Source: Macrostomum lignano
Lineage: Eukaryota
DNA: 64,000 bases
Assembly: GCA_002269645.1 (NCBI GenBank)
Contig: NIVC01000920.1
Span: 186,001 to 250,000, forward strand
Direction: 5' to 3'
A program made the translations under genes and the position numbers. The first letter of the stretch is position 1, and every line of letters starts with the position of its first letter. The notes under the pieces were generated by a model. It saw nothing but the letters and a program-made list of their open reading frames with translations. It made no database searches and was not told the origin of the DNA. Of the stretch, positions 57,150-64,000 are shown one piece after another.

Positions 57150-58521
57150 TGGTTAGATTGAATGACACAGAGGTCTCTGTCAGAGAGGTCCGGTCTGTGC
57201 CAAGCTTTGAGGTGGGTAGATACGAAAATGGCTGCTCTGGGGTTTTGAGGGTCCTGAAAACAGTCAAAACCAGCAGGAATATTCGGAATCTTACCTTTCT
57301 TCGTCCAGGGCTCCTGAAGTAGGATGATGCCCGGTTTCACGAAGTTTGCCACCTGCATCAGGTTGGTAGAGGCCGCGATACAATGCAAGTTAAGCTGCAG
57401 GATGTCCACTCCGGGGATTCCACGAGTGGTCCGCGCAGCTTCCTGCCGGCTCAGGGCGAGTTGTGCAGGAGGGCTGCCTCTTCTGCCTCGCCGATGGCTC
57501 CAGGCTCCAGTTCCATGGGCTCCTCCCGGATGGTCTCCATGGTCGAGGGCGGGGCCACCACAAGGGCGGCATTGTCGCGCTCGGCCCGGTTTTCCAGGGG
57601 GGCGCAGTGGTGACACTGGGCTGGGGGTTGCTGCGGTTGTTGGCCTTGGCGGTGTCCAGCAGCTGCTTCGCGCGCTGAGTCAGACCAGAGCGGATAGTGT
57701 TCCGGGCGGGTTTCCGGCCCTTTCCACGTCCGCCTGTTGCTGCAGCTTTCGCGGCTTTCCCCCTGACGGGGTCCACGTCCTCGGAGGGGTCGTGACGGCC
57801 GGGAGCTTCTTTTCCTGGGCGTTTCCGCCCGGCAGAGCCCCCGACTGCCCGCTTACCTTTCTCCGGGGGCGGTGGGCGGGTAGCGTCAGACTCAAAGCTA
57901 AAAAGCTGAATCTGCAGCAGCCCGACAGAGATGATGGACATGTCCGGGTAGCGGAGCATCCAGCCATCCGACAGTCCGAGAATAGTTGTGAAACCGTCTC
58001 CGCCCGGCTTGGAGATGGTCTCGTGAACTACGACGCCATTAGCCGGCAGCTCCGGGTTGGTAGCCACTAGCAGGCGACGCAGCTCGTCGGCCTTGGTGAT
58101 AGAACTGCGAGCCGGAATCCAGGCACGGTGCCGGTGTGTCCGGGGTCGCTCGTCCTCCCTTTAGATAAACAGGTTTTCCAGCTCCGTACCCCAGTCGAAG
58201 GCTTTCAGCATCTTGAGGAGCTGCTGCCCAGACTGGCTGTCGGCGGGCTGGATATGAAGGGCTTGGTCCTCGACTTTCGTCTTTTGGACTTGAATAGCGG
58301 TACCGCTCAAGGCCATCTTGACCAGGTGGGAGTCCAGCCTGCGCCAGATTTGGTCGAGCTGTTCGGCCGTAAGAGGCGTCTCCTGGCCTTGAATGATCAG
58401 GGCCGGCTGCCTCTTGGCCATAGCCGCATAGGTGCGCTTCGGCTTAGTGGTTTGGCCAGCGCCCCCCGCTTTGGATCCCTCCGCGGCCGTGGGAGTTTCC
58501 ACACGGGCAGAGGTCCCGCCA
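57149..58521 (-). mobile_element. Internal fragment of a LOA/R1-like LINE (3' part of ORF1 + N-terminal APE), both ends missing
   Basis: ORF1-like RTYAAMAKRQPALII…VVHETISKPGGDGFTTILGLSDGW and APE ILQLNLHCIAAS…LLQEPWTKKG…PRAAIFV…WHRPDLSDRDLC are homologous to, but clearly diverged from, the element at 24372-30162. Confidence 0.9.
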
Positions 58522-59371
58522 GGGTACAGTAGCTGAGGTAGATAAGGTACAGTAGCTGAGGTAGATAGGGTACAGTAACTGAGGTAGATAGGGTACAGTA
58601 GCCAAGGTAGATAGGGTACTGTAGCCAAGGTAGATAAGGTACGGTAGCCAAGGTAGATAGGGTACGGTAGCTGAGGTAGATAGGGTACAATAGCTGAGGT
58701 AGATAGGGTACAGTAGCCAAGGTAGATAGGGTACAGTAGCTGAGGTAGATAGGGTACAGTAACTGAGGTAGATAGGGTACAGTAGCCAAGGTAGATAGGG
58801 TACTGTAGCCAAGGTAGATAAGGTACGGTAGCCAAGGTAGATAGGGTACGGTAGCTGAGGTAGATAGGGTACAGTAGCTGAGGTAGATAGGGTACAGTAA
58901 CTGAGGTAGATAGGGTACAGTAGCCAAGGTAGATAGGGTACAGTAGCTGAGGTAGATAGGGTACAGTAGCTGAGGTAGATAGGGTACAGTAACTGAGGTA
59001 GATAGGGTACAGTAGCCAAGGTAGATAGGGTACTGTAGCCAAGGTAGATAAGGTACGGTAGCCAAGGTAGATAGGGTACGGTAGCTGAGGTAGATAGGGT
59101 ACAATAGCTGAGGTAGATAGGGTACAGTAGCCAAGGTAGATAGGGTACAGTAGCTGAGGTAGATAGGGTACAGTAGCTGAGGTAGATAGGGTACAGTAGC
59201 TGAGGTAGATAGGGTACAGTAGCCAAGGTAGATAGGGTACGGTAGCTAAGGTAGATAGGGTACAGTAGCCAAGGTAGATAGGGTACAGTAGCCAAGGTAG
59301 ATAGGGTACAGTAGCCAAGGTAGATAGGGTACAGTAGCCAAGGTAGATAGGGTACAGTAGCCAAGGTAGAT
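58522..59371. repeat. 23-bp minisatellite (GGGTACAGTAGCTGAGGTAGATA)n
   Basis: About 37 copies; 23-aa periodic spurious ORFs. Confidence 0.97.
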
Positions 59372-59818
59372 GATACAAGGACAACTTAAGTAGAAGGACG
59401 CAACACTCGAAATCTATGGTAAATGTTTTGAAGGCAACTTTTCGCCGAAAAATACACTACAGAGATAGGAGGTTTTAATTTTTTCAGCACAAAAATTGTT
59501 ATTGCTTTTGATAGGAGGCAGATCCAGTCTTCATCTTTTGATATGTTGTGCCTTTCTTATTGCTCTATCGATATTCATAAAGCTTTTCGTTCAGAAATGT
59601 TTTAAAGGCAGGTTTTACTGGAAAAATACACTACGGAGATAGAAAATTTCACGATTTTCAACACTAAAACAGTGATTGGGTCTCTTAACAGTGTCAGAGA
59701 AAGTTGTAATCGCACTATTTTGTGCCTCACATGCTGCTCTAACGACGCATTAATCGATTTTTCATGTTAAATTGGTCTTGTCATTATTTTAAATGTTTTT
59801 TTCAAGTGACAGAAAAAA

Positions 59819-59898
59819 CCAAGGTAGATAGGGTACGGTAGCTAAGGTAGATAGGGTACGGTACCCAAGGTAGATAGGGTACAGTAGCCAAGGTAGAT
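59819..59898. repeat. Third block of the same 23-bp minisatellite
   Basis: About 3.5 copies in the same orientation. Confidence 0.9.
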
Positions 59899-61344
59899 GT
59901 GCTATGCTATTTTTAATTTACGTATGTAGTAGGGGGTTTAGTTTCAAGCAGTTTTGCTAAGGCGTTTGCCATTCGTCGGGATGAATTATTTTAGTAGCAT
60001 GAATTCTAGAATAAGCAGTTTTGCTTTTACGCTACTGTTAGTAGTCCACCCTCGGGGAAATATCTGAAGTTGTGGGAATTCGAGTATTAGCGGGTTCCTC
60101 TATTAGTAAAAGGCTGTTTAGCCTCGGGAAAAGCATCCGTTCGGGACAATCAGTCTAGATCCGTTCAGGACCGTCCATCAGGACAATATTTCAGCGACTA
60201 AGTCTCAAAGCACAAAACTCAAATATATGGGAGTCTCCCCTTGTATAAAAATCTAAATATACTAAATCTCTAAGGTTTGTATGCTTGAATGTCCATAACG
60301 CTCTACAGATTGCAATTCTTCACCGATTTTGATCGTGTTTTCGCCAAAATAGAAATACTAAAATTCTAAAAAAGAAAGGAAATTAAGGGTAAGTTTAGGG
60401 TAAAATAGGGAGGCTAAGAAGGAGTCTACCACTTAGTCAAAACGGAGTCTACCGAAGAATAGGAATAAATTAGGTAACATAGGGAAAGACTAAAGGAGTC
60501 TACCATTGGTCTAAATAGGAAATCGGAGTCTACCGAAGTGCTAACATAGGGCCTAATTGTGTACTTTCTTTGCATATTTGGATATTCCTCTTGTTTGCTT
60601 GAATTAAATAATCTTATATGAAATTGACTCTTGTCTCACTTATTTTAATTTAACATTAATTATAAGGGGCATTAGTCTGGTGGCAGCGACCTACCAAATA
60701 AAAGTACGTAATAGCAGATTAGTAGAGCAAAGTAACCTAGATCGTAACAACTATTCATTCAAGTTAAGGTAGCTAGTAAATCTTCTAGCTTAATCTAAGC
60801 CCGGAGTCTCTCGAGCTCAGATTAATCAAATTAAAAGAAACCAGTAAACCAGTAGCCTAAACCGCAGGTACCACGCTTGTCCACGTACCTTCACTAAAAA
60901 TCATCTCTTTCAACATTACTAATCCCCTTCTGTTTATTTTTTTAAAAATAAAATGTCTATTATAAGTCAAAACTTAAAAGCTTGAGACTGTTCTCAAGTT
61001 TTCAAGTAGTACAGTATGCAGACTAACTATAGTGCCTCAAGTGGTAACTTACAATTTAAAAAGACAAAGACGCCAAATTCAGTTTTTAAATTTTTTTTTC
61101 AAATTAACGGAAAATTGTTCATTGACCTTTGCTGAATAAAAACTTAACTGATTTTATTGTGAGAATTTTAACAAAACTTTATTTAAAACTTTAACCAACA
61201 AGAATCAATGCCATTTAAAAAAAAGTTTTAATAAATCTCCATAAAAATATAGAAAAACGATTATACTGCAAGTTTTTTTTAGTACAAAACAGAATAATCG
61301 ACGGCATACCGCCAATCTACGAGTAGATAAAGAAGCTCCAGGAG

Positions 61345-61740
61345 CCCTGCGTACATTGGGGTGGTGGGCGATAGGAGCCGTGAGTACTTTGGGATGGTGG
61401 CCGATAGGAGCCGTGCGCACATCGGGGTGGTGGGCGATAGGAGCCGTGAGTACTTTGGGATGGTGGGCGATAGGAGCCGTGAGTACTTTGGGATGGTGGG
61501 CGATAGGAGCCGTGCGCACATCGGGGTGGTGGGCGATAGGAGCCGTGCGTACATTGGGGTGGTGGGCAATAGGAGCCGTGCGCACATTGGGGTGGTGGGC
61601 GATAGGAGCCGTGAGTACTTTGGGATGTTGAGGCATAGGAGCCGTGCGTACATTGGGGTGGAGGGCGATAGGAGCCGTGAGTACTTTGGGGTTTTGGGGG
61701 GTAGGAGCCCAGCGTACATTGGGCTGGCGGGCGATAGGAA
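61345..61740. repeat. 33-bp minisatellite (GGGGTGGTGGGCGATAGGAGCCGTGCGTACATT-like)
   Basis: About 12 copies with two alternating variants. Confidence 0.94.
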
Positions 61741-62414
61741 CAGTGCGTGCTTGTTGTGACCACGGCCATGTGTGCGTATTTATTTATGTCTATGGGCATA
61801 GATTCCTCAACGCCTGCTATGTGATAGAGCGATGAAGGAGAAAAGGGCGCGGCGCACAGCTTGGAGAAATAAAGCATCTAAAGAACCACCAAAAGGTACT
61901 GCTCGTGTAGCAAAAGGCTTTCCTCTTCATTCGTTATTTTGCTGATTAGCCGAAGGGTAACACTTGTCTCCTAGAATTTTCTAGAACTTGAACAAATAAA
62001 AATGTTGCATTAAATACGTTGTGTAATTGGGGTGTACCTTGAAAAAAAATAATTTTCGCTGTAATCGTGTCTAAACGAACGGAAATAATTGAAGAGCTCT
62101 TTGTTTGCTAATACGAGTAACCCACCGATTGATGTACTCGAATCTGAATAAATAATGCTTTAGTTAAATTAAAAGCAAGCTTTAATGCGAGCATGGTATC
62201 ATGTGATTTAGTGCACCACAGAAAATTAAGCTGGAAACTGGAAAACACCGTGATTGACTTTGTGAAAGTAATATACTGTACGCTATCAAGTGGCCTTAGC
62301 GTAGATCCAGTCATTAAATTACTGAAGTAAGAGAATACTGGCTATCAGTGGAGTCAAAGAGGTCACCTAACTCTCAAATAGGAAAATCCCCGTCAAAAGA
62401 CCCCAAAACCTACA

Positions 62415-62960
62415 GATCCCATCATCTTCAAATCCCATAAAACTCAAATCCCATAAACTTCAAATCCCATCATCTTCAAATCCTATAAACCTCAAATCCC
62501 ATAAACTTCAAATCCCATAAACCTCAAATCCCATAAACTTCAAATCCCATCATCTTCAAATCCCATCAAATTCAAATCCCATCAGCTTCAAATCCCATCA
62601 GCTTCAAATCCCATCAACTTCAAATCCCATCAACTTCAAATCCCATCAACTTCAAATCCCATCAACTTCAAATCCCATCAACTTCAAATCCCATCAACTT
62701 CAAATCCCATCAACTTCAAATCCCATCAACTTCAAATCCCATCAACTTCAAATCCCATCAACTTCAAATCCCATCAACTTCAAATCCCATCAACTTCAAA
62801 TCCCATCAACTTCAAATCCCATCAACTTCAAATCCCATCAACTTCAAATCCCATCAACTTCAAATCCCATCAACTTCAAATCCCATCAACTTCAAATCCC
62901 ATCAACTTCAAATCCCATCATCTTCAAATCCCATCATCTTTAGATCCCATCAGCTTCAGA
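62415..62960. repeat. 16-bp minisatellite (AAATCCCATCAACTTC)n
   Basis: Direct tandem copies. Confidence 0.96.
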
Positions 62961-63017
62961 CGAAAAACTTTTACCAAATATCAAGCGGTCGCCAGGGGCA
63001 CTAGCTACTCATATTAG

Positions 63018-63617
63018 TCAGCGCAGCTGGCTGGCGGCCTCGGCAGCCGCAGTCTTGATGGCGGTCCTCAGCCGGTCGCACAGTTGGACAATTCTGCCTG
63101 CCTGAGCCACCAGCGGAGCCGCCTGCCGTGACAGCGCCGCATCCGGCCGGAAGTGGAGCGACAAGTCGACGAAGGGGTCGGACTCGGAGGCGCTGTTCGC
63201 GTAGAAGTCGCCTTCGGCTACGATGGCGTCAACGGCAGCGGCAGGGTCGGGGTCGGCCAGATGGAACCAGTGGGCGCGACGCCGGTGCCGGATGCCGACG
63301 ATCCGGTCTCGCATTGACGGCGGCACCCGCTCGCTGACGCGGATGCGACCGCCGGGCGCCGCCCGGATGTAGGCGAAACCTTCGGTAGCGGCGTCTTTGA
63401 AGAGGCTCCGATGCAGCCCGGAGCCGGCGGCCACCGCGGCAGCGGTTGTCACCGTGATCCTCGTGTCGACGCCTCCACCGAGTCGATCGTCGTCTAAGTC
63501 GGTGTCCAAGACGGTGGCGTGCACCCAGTTGAGCTGGCGCTCTTCGACCCGCTCCAACTGCAGGCTGGAGTCGTGGTTGAGCACAGCCTCGTAGGAGGCC
63601 GACACCTTGACTGACAA
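63018..63617 (-). CDS. Terminal coding exon of an unidentified gene continuing beyond the window
   Basis: Acceptor CCCCCCAATCGCAG at 63618-63619, 199 open codons of high-complexity protein-like sequence, GC-rich, ending in TGA. I do not recognise the family. Confidence 0.7.
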   Translation of the reverse strand: MSVKVSASYEAVLNHDSSLQLERVEERQLNWVHATVLDTDLDDDRLGGGVDTRITVTTAAAVAAGSGLHRSLFKDAATEGFAYIRAAPGGRIRVSERVPPSMRDRIVGIRHRRRAHWFHLADPDPAAAVDAIVAEGDFYANSASESDPFVDLSLHFRPDAALSRQAAPLVAQAGRIVQLCDRLRTAIKTAAAEAASQLR

Positions 63618-63639
63618 CTGCGATTGGGGGGTGAGAGTG

Positions 63640-64000
63640 GGATTCTAGTGGGGATTTTCTAATGCGTTGAGTGGGGATTTTCCACTGAAGGAATTAGGGA
63701 TTTTCCATTGAATGAGTTGGGGATTTTCCATTGAATGAATTGGGGATTTTCCATTGAATGAATCGGAATTTTCATTGTAGGAATTGAGGATTTTCCATTG
63801 AATGAATTGGGGATTTTCCACTGAAGGAATTAGGGATTTTCCATTGAATGAATTGGGGATTTTCCATTGAATGAATCGGAATTTTCATTGTAGGAATTGA
63901 GGATTTTCCATTGAATGAATTGGGGATTTTCCACTGAAGGAATTAGGGATTTTCCATTGAATGAGTTGGGGATTTTCCATTGAATGAATTGGGGATTTTC
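63640..64000. repeat. 23-bp minisatellite (GGGGATTTTCCATTGAATGAATT)n, intronic, runs off the window
   Basis: Direct tandem copies. Confidence 0.95.

Noticed and set aside
58161-59384. 407-aa ORF fusing a hydrophobic repeat to LINE ORF1
   Set aside because: The N-terminal about 285 aa are the 23-bp minisatellite read in frame by chance; there is no evidence of a real chimeric protein.

Overview
Eukaryotic, intron-rich and very repeat-rich animal DNA. About 20 micro- and minisatellite arrays make up roughly 12-13 kb by my rough tally. The architecture resembles a flatworm such as Macrostomum, which is an inference and not shown by the sequence. Eight protein-coding loci can be reconstructed by hand from splice sites and phase: a 5'-incomplete LRR + two-EF-hand gene (LRRC74-like), a 2-exon DEG/ENaC channel, a 3-exon SPATA22-like meiotic OB-fold gene not visible as one ORF, a 4-exon CxxC + degenerate KH gene, an 11-exon SLC6 amino-acid-type transporter, a single-exon PAN/C-type-lectin secreted protein, a somatostatin/allatostatin-C-like GPCR, and the last exon of an unidentified gene. 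Mobile DNA includes a full-length but inactivated LOA/R1-like LINE with RNase H and a 13-bp TSD, an internal fragment of a related LINE embedded in a 23-bp minisatellite, a 3' LINE fragment, a 764-bp apparently non-coding retroposon with a 13-bp TSD, a complete dead DD34D mariner, MITEs and tRNA-SINE remnants. There are no rRNA genes, intact tRNA genes or CRISPR arrays. I did not find a clearly new multi-gene system. The best leads are the SPATA22-like gene beside a CpG-purged island, motif-altered channel, transporter and KH proteins, the minisatellite-embedded LINE fragment, the non-coding retroposon and an antisense intronic TATA/Inr promoter cassette.
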